59,062 nucleotides of DNA. Origin: a virus. Lineage: Duplodnaviria > Caudoviricetes. The stretch covers positions 1-59,062 of IMG/VR virus record IMGVR_UViG_3300023179_007765, one strand, 5' to 3'. The notes under the pieces were generated by a model. It was not told where the DNA came from and searched no databases. It saw only the letters and a list, made by a program, of their open reading frames with translations. The translations under genes and the position numbers were made by a program. Position 1 is the stretch's first letter. Every line of letters begins with the position of its first letter. This document shows, one piece after another, positions 1-9,255 of the stretch.

Positions 1-2419
1 TGCTGCGCCGACCTACTCGCTGAGCGCTAACAAGAGCGTCGCAACCGAAGGCACCTCGACCACCTTCACCGCCACTCGCACCGGCGACACCACCAGTGCC
101 GTCACGCTGGTCTACAACATCGTCGGCGACGACAACAGCGGCACCGTTACCAAGGCTACCCCGGGCACCGACACCGACGTCGCTTCGGGCACCGTGACCA
201 TCGCTGCTGGCGCCACCACCGGCACCTTCACCGTCTCGGCCACCTCGGACACCTCGGTCGAAGGCCTCGAAGGCGTCAAAGTCTCGCTGTTCGCCGACAC
301 CACCGTCGTCGCTACGCGCTCGCTGCTGCTCAATGACGACCCGACCGTGGTTCCGGCCCAGACTTTCACGCTCACTACGGGTGCGGACAATTTCACGGGC
401 ACTTCCGGCAACGACACGATCAACGCATTCATTGGTGCGGCCAACAGCACCCTGACTGGCGCCGACATTATTGACGGCGGTGCGGGCACCGACACTCTGA
501 ACCTGAATACCGATAACACCGGCACTCTGTCTGCAGCATCTATCACCAACGTTGAGATCTTCAAGATTCGTGACGTTGGCGCGGCTGCGACCTACAACTT
601 CGCAACTGTTTCCGGTGAGAACTCTGTCATCAACAACATCAGCACTTCTGCGGTGACTCTGAGCGCGATGGCTGCTGGTACGGCGCTGACCATTAAAGGT
701 GACGGTACGACGACCAACGGTGCAACCACCTTCACTATGGCTGCCGCGACCGACGCCGTCAATCTGACCATCGATGGTGGCGTGACCGCTGGTGCCATCA
801 CTCGCAACGCCACTGGCGCTGCGACGGTTACAGTGAACTCTACCGGCGCTGCCAACACCATCGGTGTTCTGGATCTGGATACTGCTACTGCGGTCAAGGG
901 TCTGACCATTAATGCAGCGACTAACCTGACCGGCAGCTTGGCGGCTGACTATGCTGCCAGCTCTTCCCTGACCGTGACTGGTGCGGCCACTAAGGTTGAC
1001 CTGAGTGGCGCAGCCCTGTCGGCCAACATCACCAAGGTTGATGCTTCTGGCATGACCGCTGGCGGCGTGCTGGTCGCAGTTGATCAGACCGACACCACGG
1101 TGGATACCCAGTTTATTGGTGGCGCTGGCAACGATACGCTGGATATCGGTAAGGTTGTTTACAACAGCACAACCCTGACTGCGGCCGGTGGCAATGGCAC
1201 TGACACCCTCAAGATGTCTGACCAGGCTGCCCTGACCTCGACCACTGCCAAGTACATCTCCGGCTTCGAAACCCTGAGCCTGTACGACGACAACGACGGT
1301 GCGCTGGATACCTTCGACGCATCTCTTCTGTCTGGCATTACCGGCGTGTCGCTGGCTGCTGACTCCGCTGGCGACGGCTATGCTGTGACCAACCTGTCGG
1401 CCGCCCAGGCTGCCAACATCACCATCACTGGCAGCAACAACAACGTCGGCCCGACCCTGACCATCAAGGACGCCACCACGGTGGGCAACCTCGACACCCT
1501 GAGCGTTGCGATCAACGACGGTGCTACTGCGGTCAGCACCCTGACCTTGGCCAACCTGACCTCGGCTGGCGCGGAAACCATCAACTTCGCGCTGACGGAC
1601 AACCTGACGCTGTCCTCTGCCACGGGTCTGACGGCTCTCACCAAGATTGGCGTGACCGGTGCCGGCGCACTGAACCTGACCACTGGTGCTCTGGCGCTGA
1701 ACGTGAACTCCACCATCGACGCTTCGGCCTCTACCGGTACCGTGACGATCGACGCATCTGCTGGCACCACCAACGGTCTGGCCATCAAGGGCTCGTCCAC
1801 CAAGGCCAACACCATCACCGGTACCAACCAGGATGACGTCATCACCGGCGGCACTGGCGTGGATACGGTGAAGAACCAGGCCAACGCCGCGACCGACAGC
1901 GACACTGTGGACTTCGTGTCTGACAGCGCAGCTGACATCTTCGAAGTCACCACCCTGACCGGCAAGACCACCATCACCAACTTCGACGTGGCCACCACGA
2001 CCACCACCGAAGACTTGGTGAACGTGTCGAATGACAGCGCTGACGGCGCTGAAACGCAGATCACCGCAGCCGCCGCTCAAGCTTTGATCGGTAGCGACAA
2101 GACCATCGTGATCGAGCAGACCGTCGGTGCTGCAGCGTCTCTGACGACCGGTGGTACTGCCACCCTGGCCGCAGCTGACTTCACTGCTGCGACGTTGACC
2201 AACGTGGCTGCGTTCCTGAGCGAGCGCTTCACGGGCGACAACGACACGTTGGCTGATGAGACTGCCGTGATCATCATGAACAACGGCACGAACAGCTACA
2301 TGTATGCCTATGCTGACTCGACGACCGCCAACACGACGATTGACGCTAGTGAACTGACCCTGATCGGTGTGTTCAACGGCGCCATCCTGAACGCTGGCGA
2401 CGTCTACCAGACGGTCTAA
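1..2419 (+). CDS. RsaA-like S-layer / RTX-type surface protein, 5' end outside the window; Calx-beta-like segment (1..~350) followed by a Thr/Ala/Gly-rich beta-helical region
   Basis: Frame open from position 2 (gct gcg ccg acc tac...) to TAA at 2417-2419; TLTTGADNFTG motif, GGxGxD Ca-binding nonapeptides (GGAGTDTL, GGAGNDTL, GGNGTDTL, GGTGVDTV), T/A/G/D-rich composition, type I secretion-like C-terminus. Confidence 0.85.
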   Translation, partial: AAPTYSLSANKSVATEGTSTTFTATRTGDTTSAVTLVYNIVGDDNSGTVTKATPGTDTDVASGTVTIAAGATTGTFTVSATSDTSVEGLEGVKVSLFADTTVVATRSLLLNDDPTVVPAQTFTLTTGADNFTGTSGNDTINAFIGAANSTLTGADIIDGGAGTDTLNLNTDNTGTLSAASITNVEIFKIRDVGAAATYNFATVSGENSVINNISTSAVTLSAMAAGTALTIKGDGTTTNGATTFTMAAATDAVNLTIDGGVTAGAITRNATGAATVTVNSTGAANTIGVLDLDTATAVKGLTINAATNLTGSLAADYAASSSLTVTGAATKVDLSGAALSANITKVDASGMTAGGVLVAVDQTDTTVDTQFIGGAGNDTLDIGKVVYNSTTLTAAGGNGTDTLKMSDQAALTSTTAKYISGFETLSLYDDNDGALDTFDASLLSGITGVSLAADSAGDGYAVTNLSAAQAANITITGSNNNVGPTLTIKDATTVGNLDTLSVAINDGATAVSTLTLANLTSAGAETINFALTDNLTLSSATGLTALTKIGVTGAGALNLTTGALALNVNSTIDASASTGTVTIDASAGTTNGLAIKGSSTKANTITGTNQDDVITGGTGVDTVKNQANAATDSDTVDFVSDSAADIFEVTTLTGKTTITNFDVATTTTTEDLVNVSNDSADGAETQITAAAAQALIGSDKTIVIEQTVGAAASLTTGGTATLAAADFTAATLTNVAAFLSERFTGDNDTLADETAVIIMNNGTNSYMYAYADSTTANTTIDASELTLIGVFNGAILNAGDVYQTV
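368..417 (+). repeat. Putative attL core inside the S-layer gene; direct repeat of 56173..56222
   Basis: acgctcactacGggtgcggacaaTttcacGggcaCTTcCggcaacgacac versus acgctcactacTggtgcggacaaCttcacCggcaGCAcAggcaacgacac: 43/50 identical, first 11 nt perfect, same reading frame. Confidence 0.7.
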
Positions 2420-2468
2420 GCGCTCTTCTTGGAGCTATCCTCCGGGCTTGGCCCGGGGGTGACCTTCG

Positions 2469-2502
2469 AAACCGCTCCCCTCAAAAGGAGCGGTTTTTTT
2501 TT
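2469..2502 (+). terminator. Rho-independent terminator after the S-layer gene
   Basis: aaaccgctcc-cctcaaaa-ggagcggttt stem followed by a T run. Confidence 0.85.
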
Positions 2503-3046
2503 GAAATTTTCCCGTTGAAACCGACATGACTACGCTGAAGTTCCAGAACCGCCTTGCCAAGTTGATGAAAGCAGGTGATGTGCAGACGGTGCATCACGAA
2601 CTGGCGCGGCTACCGCTGAAGGAGGCGCTGAACTTCAATCTGCTTCAGTCGTGGGTGGAAATTCTGTCGTGCACGGGTATGGCCTCCGTGCAGTCGGCAT
2701 TGCGAGGCGCACGCACGGGCCGGTTAAGCGTGGCTGAGCGCACGATCGTCAATTCGTTTTTGGCCGTGGAGCATTGGTTGCAGCAGGATTGGCAGCGCCT
2801 GGAGTCGCTTGTCGCCGCCTCGCTGGGGCAGGCCAAATACGAAGTTGGCGGCAAGGACGTGGTCAATGCGCAGAGTCATATGAAGCTGTGCGTACGCTTG
2901 TTTGCCTACCGCTTGCAGCATCCGGCCGACTATGGGCGCCATGCCGCCCATTCACTGATCGCGATCGGCGATTCGCATTGTCTGGTACCGGCGGGGCGTA
3001 CCATTCAGTGGGGTGGTCGCCAGGTCGGTGTGTCGACCTCCCCTGA

Positions 3047-3880
3047 TCAGGTCCACGCATAACTAGAGGTTTCTGGGTTGTGGAACTGGCGGTACTCGAC
3101 GGGTGTGAGCCCGTCGAGGGCGTTGTGAGGGATCTCCTCGTTGTAGTCATGCAGCCAGCGCTCGGTGTGTTCCCGGACCTCGGTCAGGTTGCGGAACACG
3201 TACATATCGAGCACGCCTTTGCGGTAGCTGCCGTTGAAACGTTCGATGAAGCCGTTCTGCATCGGTCGGCCGGGTTGGATGAACTCGAGTTGAACGCCTT
3301 TGGCTTCCGCCCACTCGGCCAGCGCAATGGCGACGAACTCGGGGCCGTTGTCCAGCCGCAGTCGCTCCGGATAGCCGCGCCAGGCAGCGATCCGATCCAG
3401 TGTGCGGATGACCCTGCCAGCGGGAAGGTTCAGGTCTACCTCGACCGCCAAGGCCTCGCGGTTGTAGTCATCGACGACATTGAAGGTGCGGAATCTGCGG
3501 CCATCCCACAGCGCATCTGACATGAAGTCGCCGGACCAGCACGCGTTGACTCGCTCGCCCACAGCCAGGGGTTGCGGGTGCCGCGAGGGAATCCGCTTCT
3601 TGCCGCGCCGGCGACGATTCAACCGCAGCTCGCAGTACACCCGATACACCCGCTTGTGATTCCAGTTGAGGCCGCGTCGCCGTATCAGCAGGAACAGCTT
3701 GTCGAAGCCACGCTCCGGAAACCGCTCCGCCAGCTCCAGCAACACCGCAATCACTTCATCGTCCCGGTCCGGCCGACGCTCATAGCGCGCCACCGACCGC
3801 GACAGACCCACCGCCTCACAGGCCCGGCGCTCGCTGAAACCATGCTGTTCTCGCAGCATCTGCACCAGCGGGCGCTTCAT
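3047..3880 (-). CDS. IS3 transposase OrfB (DDE/rve integrase core)
   Basis: WSGDF, DNGPEF, PMQNGFIERFNG motifs. Confidence 0.95.
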   Translation of the reverse strand: MKRPLVQMLREQHGFSERRACEAVGLSRSVARYERRPDRDDEVIAVLLELAERFPERGFDKLFLLIRRRGLNWNHKRVYRVYCELRLNRRRRGKKRIPSRHPQPLAVGERVNACWSGDFMSDALWDGRRFRTFNVVDDYNREALAVEVDLNLPAGRVIRTLDRIAAWRGYPERLRLDNGPEFVAIALAEWAEAKGVQLEFIQPGRPMQNGFIERFNGSYRKGVLDMYVFRNLTEVREHTERWLHDYNEEIPHNALDGLTPVEYRQFHNPETSSYAWT

Positions 3881-3888
3881 CGCCGGGC

Positions 3889-4155
3889 CTACAGCTTTTT
3901 TGCGATGACGTCCTTCAACGCCGTCACCTCCAAAGCCAGATCGGCATACATCCGCTTGAGCCGGCCGTTCTCCTCTTCCAACTCGCGCAGCCGCCGAACG
4001 TCCGAGGCCTCCATGCCCCCGTACTTCGACTTCCAGACGTAATACGTCGCGTCCGATATCCCCAACTCCCGACAGACATCCTTGACCTGCCGGCCACCTT
4101 CCACCTGCTTCAGGGTCTGGACAATCTGACTCTCACTGAACTTGCTCTTGCGCAT
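3889..4155 (-). CDS. IS3 transposase OrfA (HTH), with an A6G -1 frameshift site at its end
   Basis: MRKSKFSESQI...YYVWKSKYGGM...KKL; minus strand reads gcaaaaaagctgtag. Confidence 0.93.
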   Translation of the reverse strand: MRKSKFSESQIVQTLKQVEGGRQVKDVCRELGISDATYYVWKSKYGGMEASDVRRLRELEEENGRLKRMYADLALEVTALKDVIAKKL

Positions 4156-5491
4156 CGCGGGCCTCCCAGGGCGTAGTTTGCCCAGAAGACTCCAGCGATC
4201 CACGGACCTAATTTACGGGAGGTCGACAGGTGTGCAATCGATGCCGATCCGTGGCATCAAGATGTTTCATTTGGGTCTGGGAGTGCCGGCCAAGTACCGC
4301 GCATACTTTCGTGAGCGTCTCAGGCAACTGCCCGCTGACGCCGATGTGCTACTGTCGATCGGGGAGATCGACTGTCGCCCCAATGAGGGCATCTTTTACA
4401 CGGCGCACAAGGATGCTGGCCGTGACTTGAAGGCGTTGCTTGAAAAGACGGTCGCCGATTTCGTGACGTATGTTCACGACGAAATTCGTTTGAGCGGCGC
4501 GGCCTTGCGCAGCGTGACTCTCCAGGGCGTGCCCTGGCCGGCGTACGAGATTGCCAACCGTTTACCTGCAGGCACGGATGAGGCCACCTTCTTTGCCTTC
4601 ATCGACAAGGTCAACGAGGTGATGCAACGGGAGGCGCAACGGGCAGGCTGGCAGTTTCTGGACGTGAAGACGCCTACGGGGCAGAACGCCGGTGGGGGCG
4701 CGCCTGAATTGCGTCTTGACGATATCCATCTGTCACCCTGTTTCTATGATCAGGCCGATCAGTGGCGCAGGGATGTGAGTGGCCTAGGCCGCGATGATGT
4801 CAAGCTGGTATCGACCAGCAGTCATCCGTCACAGGCGGCCGAACAGAGCCCTACTTTTCTGCATGTCGATTGTGGTCAGACGCGAAAAGCCGGAACCACG
4901 CCAGAGTTCAGTCGACCCACATGGAAGGAGTTGCGCCAAGACAGCGATCCGGGAAACCAACCCGACATCATCGGCAGCGTGGTGGACATGAGCCGCGTGC
5001 CCCAGGGTTCTGTGAACGCCATATTTTCAAAGAATGACATAAACCGGCTGTACCCACAACAAGTGGAATCGGTATTACAGGAATTTTTGCGTGTGCTGAC
5101 GCCAGATGGCTATCTGGTGATCAGTTGCCCCGACCTCAAATCCATTTGCGCCTTGGTGGCGCAAGACCGCCTGACGGAACCGGTGGGGAGGGATGAGCAC
5201 GGGCCGTTGGCACCCCTGGACCTGATTTATGGAAACCGCGCAAAACTCAGCACGGGTGACCAGTCGGCGGCTTTCAAGTGCGGTTTTACAGCAAATGTGC
5301 TTGCTGGAACGCTCAATGCGGCGGGTTTTCAATCGATCGCCGGTAAGGTGAGAGATCGCGCGCCATTTTTTGATATCTGCCTCGTTGCTAGCAAGCAGGC
5401 GATGGAGGATTCCGAGATCAAGAAACTTGTGGGCTTGCACTTTCCCGACTGATAAAAATTAAAAACTCTTCCCCATCAGAGGCAATAACCA

Positions 5492-7027
5492 ATGACTGAC
5501 TGGACTGCTGGCTACGTGGCCGATATTGGCTATACCTTTGGCTATTACACCGAATTGAATCCCCAGCGAGTCAAACTCGCGTTTCTTAACCAGGGACTGG
5601 TATTCCCGGAAATGTGGACTGGCTGTGAACTCGGCTACGGTCAAGGGCTGTCTGCCAACTTTCACGCGGCGGCATCGGTTACCCAATGGCACGGCACGGA
5701 CTTCAATCCCAGCCAAGCGGGTTTCGCACAAGAATTGGCTGCCGCTTCTGGTGCCGGCGCCAAGCTCTACGACGAAGCCTTTGCCGACTTTGCCAACCGA
5801 GCCGATCTCCCCAACTTCGACTACATCGGCCTGCACGGCATCTGGAGCTGGATCTCTGACGAGAACCGCACCGTCATTGTCGACTTCATCCGCAAGAAAT
5901 TGAAGGTTGGCGGCGTGCTCTACATCAGCTACAACACCCTGCCGGGCTGGGCCAGTTTCGCCCCGATGCGCCACCTGATGACCGAACACGCCGAAGTGCT
6001 GGGTGCCGAGGGTAAGGGCATCGTCAGCCGCATCGACGGCGCCATCGACTTTGCCGAGAAACTGCTCGCTACCAACCCGACCTTCAGTCGTGCCAACCCG
6101 CTGGTGGGCGACCGGCTCAAGAAGATGAAAGAGCACAACCGCCACTACCTGGCGCACGAGTACTTCAACCGTGACTGGCACCCCATGCACTTCGCCACCA
6201 TGGCGGAGTGGCTGGAAGGCGCCAAGGTGCAATACGCCTGCTCTGCGCATTACCTCGATCACATCGAGGCCGTGAATCTCACCACCGAGCAGCAGGCCTT
6301 TCTCAAGGACATCCCGGACCCGATGTTCCGCGAGACCACCCGCGACTTCATGGTCAACCAGCAATTCCGTCGTGACTATTGGGTCAAGGGTGCCCGCAAA
6401 CTGAACGCACTCGAACAAGCTGAAGCCTTGCGGGCACAGCAGGTCATCCTCGTCGCCCATCGCCCGGATGTGTCGCTGAAAGTGACCGGGGCATTGGGTG
6501 AGGCCGACATGAGCGAGGCTGTCTACGCACCCATTCTCGATCTGCTTGCTGACCACAAGGCCAAGTCCCTCGGTCAGATCGAGCAAACGGTCAAGGACAA
6601 GGGTATCGCCTTCGCCCAGATCATTCAGGCGGCCATGGTGCTCACCGGAGCTGGGCATCTGGCCCTGGTGCAGGACGAGCAGGTGATCACCAAAGCCAAG
6701 AAGCAGACCGACAAGCTCAACGCCCACCTGTGCCAAAAGGCGCGGGGCAGTAATGACATCAGCTACCTATCCAGCCCGGTCACCGGCGGCGGCATTGCCG
6801 TCAACCGCTTCCAGCAGCTCTTCCTGATGAGCCTCGCGCAGGGCAGGAAGCAACCTGCGGAATGGGCGCAATACGCCTGGAGTGTGCTGTCCGTGCAGGG
6901 GCAGCGCCTGGTGAGGGAAGGGAAGACGCTGGACACTGCCGAGGACAATCTCGCAGAACTGGTAGCACAGGCGCAGACGTTCGCCGAGAAGCAGTTGCCG
7001 ATTCTGCGAGCCTTGCAGGTTACTTGA
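5492..7027 (+). CDS. Class I SAM-dependent methyltransferase with a methyltransferase regulatory domain
   Basis: ELGYGQG SAM motif, FDYIGLHGIWSW, YNTLPGW, YLAHEYFN, NQQFRRDYW. Confidence 0.88.
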   Translation: MTDWTAGYVADIGYTFGYYTELNPQRVKLAFLNQGLVFPEMWTGCELGYGQGLSANFHAAASVTQWHGTDFNPSQAGFAQELAAASGAGAKLYDEAFADFANRADLPNFDYIGLHGIWSWISDENRTVIVDFIRKKLKVGGVLYISYNTLPGWASFAPMRHLMTEHAEVLGAEGKGIVSRIDGAIDFAEKLLATNPTFSRANPLVGDRLKKMKEHNRHYLAHEYFNRDWHPMHFATMAEWLEGAKVQYACSAHYLDHIEAVNLTTEQQAFLKDIPDPMFRETTRDFMVNQQFRRDYWVKGARKLNALEQAEALRAQQVILVAHRPDVSLKVTGALGEADMSEAVYAPILDLLADHKAKSLGQIEQTVKDKGIAFAQIIQAAMVLTGAGHLALVQDEQVITKAKKQTDKLNAHLCQKARGSNDISYLSSPVTGGGIAVNRFQQLFLMSLAQGRKQPAEWAQYAWSVLSVQGQRLVREGKTLDTAEDNLAELVAQAQTFAEKQLPILRALQVT

Positions 7028-7037
7028 GCGAGAGTCG

Positions 7038-7235
7038 ATGAGCACTTTCTACCAGCGACACAATCAAGGTCTGATGGAAGTCATCACAGCCCTGCTGGGT
7101 GAGCCTGAGGAGGGTGAGCCTGTGGTCACTGCCGCCACGTTCTTCACCGTGAGGGAGGAGGGCGAGGAGGTGGTGGTGACGCTCACCGGCGTGCCCGAAC
7201 TGGTCGACCCGACATGGGGCGTGATCTTTGACTGA
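7038..7235 (+). CDS. Small acidic hypothetical protein
   Basis: 65-aa ORF closely following the methyltransferase, with a purine-rich RBS. Confidence 0.5.
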   Translation: MSTFYQRHNQGLMEVITALLGEPEEGEPVVTAATFFTVREEGEEVVVTLTGVPELVDPTWGVIFD

Positions 7236-7315
7236 AGCCACCTGCGGGTGGCTTTTTCAATGGCTAAAGACAAGATGGAAAAACGTTCAGGTATGGGCTA
7301 CTTGCGCGATACATA

Positions 7316-7364
7316 TTGACGACAGAACATTCGTTCTCATACAATCATTCAGAACAAATGTTCT
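7316..7364 (+). promoter_or_regulatory. Sigma70-like promoter with two AGAAC-N4-GTTCT operators
   Basis: TTGACG 7316-7321, TACAAT 7340-7345 (18-bp spacer); palindromes agaacattcgttct 7324-7337 and agaacaaatgttct 7351-7364. Confidence 0.8.
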
Positions 7365-7374
7365 TGAATATGAA

Positions 7375-7959
7375 ATGAACGAACGCGATCCTGATTACCT
7401 GGCTGCACTGCAGCGTTACTACGCCGACGAGCACGCTTTCCCGTCCTATGACAAGTTACTGCCTGTCCTGGGGGTGGCAGCACGCTCGGCGGTCAAGACC
7501 ATCCTCGAGCGCCTGGCCAAGCAGGGTTTTCTCGAAAAGAACGGCGATGGCGTCTGGATTCCGGCCAAGCGTTTCTTTGAGCGCCCCCTGGCGGAATGCG
7601 CCGTCCAGGCAGGCCTGCCGACCGAAGTGGCGGACGTGGCCACGCAGCCGTTTTTCCTCGACGAACACCTGATCGACTCGCCGGCGGATACGCTGCTGAT
7701 TCGGGTCAAGGGTGACTCGATGAAGGACGCCCACATCGATGACGGCGACCTGGCCGTTGTCGATACCGCCCGCAGTGCCTCGGTAGGGGATTTCGTGGTG
7801 GCCCGCGTCGACGGTCAGTTCACGCTCAAGGAGTTGGTGATCGAGAACGGCCGCAGGGCGCTGAAAGCCCACAACCCGGCCTATCCCTTGATCGTGCCCA
7901 AAGGCGAACTGGACATCGTGGGCGTGGTGATCGGCTTGACCCGAAAGATCGCGCGCTGA
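7375..7959 (+). CDS. LexA/UmuD-like self-cleaving repressor (N-terminal wHTH plus S24 peptidase)
   Basis: VQAG cleavage site, VKGDSM (catalytic Ser), FTLK (catalytic Lys), N-terminal FPSY...LERLAKQGFL helix-turn-helix. Confidence 0.9.
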   Translation: MNERDPDYLAALQRYYADEHAFPSYDKLLPVLGVAARSAVKTILERLAKQGFLEKNGDGVWIPAKRFFERPLAECAVQAGLPTEVADVATQPFFLDEHLIDSPADTLLIRVKGDSMKDAHIDDGDLAVVDTARSASVGDFVVARVDGQFTLKELVIENGRRALKAHNPAYPLIVPKGELDIVGVVIGLTRKIAR

Positions 7960-7998
7960 CGTTGGTTTCATCGCAAAACCAATAAAAAAAAAGGAGAC

Positions 7999-9255
7999 TT
8001 GATGAAGCTGACCTACGCCGATGTGCTCACCACGCTTCCGGTCGATGCCACGTTGCAGGATTACTTGAACCGCTGTACGTTGCCACTGCCGCCCACGCTG
8101 GACTGGACCGATGCTGTTGCTACCTCACGAGCCATCATCGCAGGCATTGAATCCTGCCCGGACACTGCGATCCGCGACAACGTGATTGCGGGGCTGCAGA
8201 CCGCCACGCAGCTGACCCATCCGCGTGCAAACGCTGCGATGTTCCAGGCGGTAATCAACGATGCTGCCGCCGTGTCTGGCTTGGCGACCTGCGCCAGCGA
8301 TCTGCACCGCGCCTTCTGGCTGATGGTTTACCACCCCAAGCTGTTCGAAACCGCCTGTGACGTGGACTACGTTGACAGCCGCGCAGGCCAGGCCCAGCAG
8401 ATCGATTTGGGGGTGCGCCTACCGGTCCGTCGCGACGCAGCGTCGATGGATGCGTTCTGTGCTGCCATCAAGGACTTCTACAAGAAGGAACTGCACTGCG
8501 GCGATGTGGTGATCGGCCAACTGATGGACCGTATCCACGGTACGCAACTGGTGACCATCCATGCCAAGGACCTGGCCACCACCAACCTTAAGTTCATCGG
8601 CAATGTCCTCTCGCGAGGTGTTGACCATCCGACCATTCACATGGCCCTGGAATACTCCTCACGCACCGGTGTGGCGCGCACGTTGATCAAGGGCGGCGAG
8701 AAATACAACCGGATGCTGGCCAACGCCTTCGCCGAGCATCTGCTGGGCGTGAAGGTCGACGCTCACCGATTGAAACCGCCGCCGCTGGATCTGTCCGGCT
8801 TGCGTGGTGGATTCCACGTGCAGCAAGCGCATCACGACGGCTTTGCGGTGCTGCAGCTCAAGTCCATCACGGTCGTGACACCCGATAAAAAGCTGCGCGG
8901 CGAATTCAATGCCACCGCTGCCAGTCAGCAGCAAAGTGTCGCTGAGTTGATGGCCGAAAACCTGCCCAACGACAACCCGCTGGCCCACCACTGGGAAGTG
9001 GCCGCAGCCACCATTAACCTGTACTACCCGCCCGCTAATGGCAAAAAAGCCCGGGTGGTGTCGGTCGAGGTTACCAGTCGGGGCCGACTCAATCTGCACA
9101 AGTTTGATGACAAGCTGCGCCAACAGCTAGAGGGTTATCTGGTTGAGGCCGGCATCCTGGGCCCCAATCAGACACTGACCATGAATGAGATCGATATCCG
9201 TGAGCGCCCAGACCTCGGCCCGCAGCACAGCGATCTGGCAGAGGTTGAAGAGTGA
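7999..9255 (+). CDS. Hypothetical protein (418 aa) in an operon with the LexA-like gene
   Basis: Long ORF with an aaggag RBS; no motif recognised. Confidence 0.7.
   Translation: MMKLTYADVLTTLPVDATLQDYLNRCTLPLPPTLDWTDAVATSRAIIAGIESCPDTAIRDNVIAGLQTATQLTHPRANAAMFQAVINDAAAVSGLATCASDLHRAFWLMVYHPKLFETACDVDYVDSRAGQAQQIDLGVRLPVRRDAASMDAFCAAIKDFYKKELHCGDVVIGQLMDRIHGTQLVTIHAKDLATTNLKFIGNVLSRGVDHPTIHMALEYSSRTGVARTLIKGGEKYNRMLANAFAEHLLGVKVDAHRLKPPPLDLSGLRGGFHVQQAHHDGFAVLQLKSITVVTPDKKLRGEFNATAASQQQSVAELMAENLPNDNPLAHHWEVAAATINLYYPPANGKKARVVSVEVTSRGRLNLHKFDDKLRQQLEGYLVEAGILGPNQTLTMNEIDIRERPDLGPQHSDLAEVEE

Larger units (their letters stand above)
3031..4228 (-). mobile_element. IS3-family insertion sequence (IS407-group-like), 1198 bp
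   Basis: Terminal IRs tgtcgacctccc / gggaggtcgaca; 4-bp target duplication GGTG at 3027-3030 and 4229-4232; orfA/orfB arrangement. Confidence 0.95.
2526..5452 (+). pseudogene. SGNH/GDSL-like hydrolase domain fused to a class I SAM methyltransferase-like domain, interrupted by an IS3 element
   Basis: Removing IS 3031..4228 and one GGTG copy gives a 1725-bp in-frame ORF (574 aa; ...GGRQVGVQSMPIRGIKMFHL...); motifs IGDSH, IGEIDCR, DDIH; C-terminal FLHVDCG...EFLRVLTPDG...CPDL. Confidence 0.75.

Noticed and set aside
112-2289. Minus-strand ORFs opposite the left S-layer gene (likewise 56142..58262 opposite the right one)
   Set aside because: These are antisense shadows of Thr/Ala/Gly-biased codons with no independent motifs.
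4142-4228. N-terminal extension of ORF 4142..5452
   Set aside because: It lies inside the IS end; the true coding sequence continues from 2526..3030.
7179-7186. acgctcac 8-mer matching the start of the att core, near the edge of the phage regulatory genes
   Set aside because: The match is only 8 bp, expected by chance and without flanking similarity, whereas the 368 site matches over 50 bp in frame. It should still be checked in junction sequencing.
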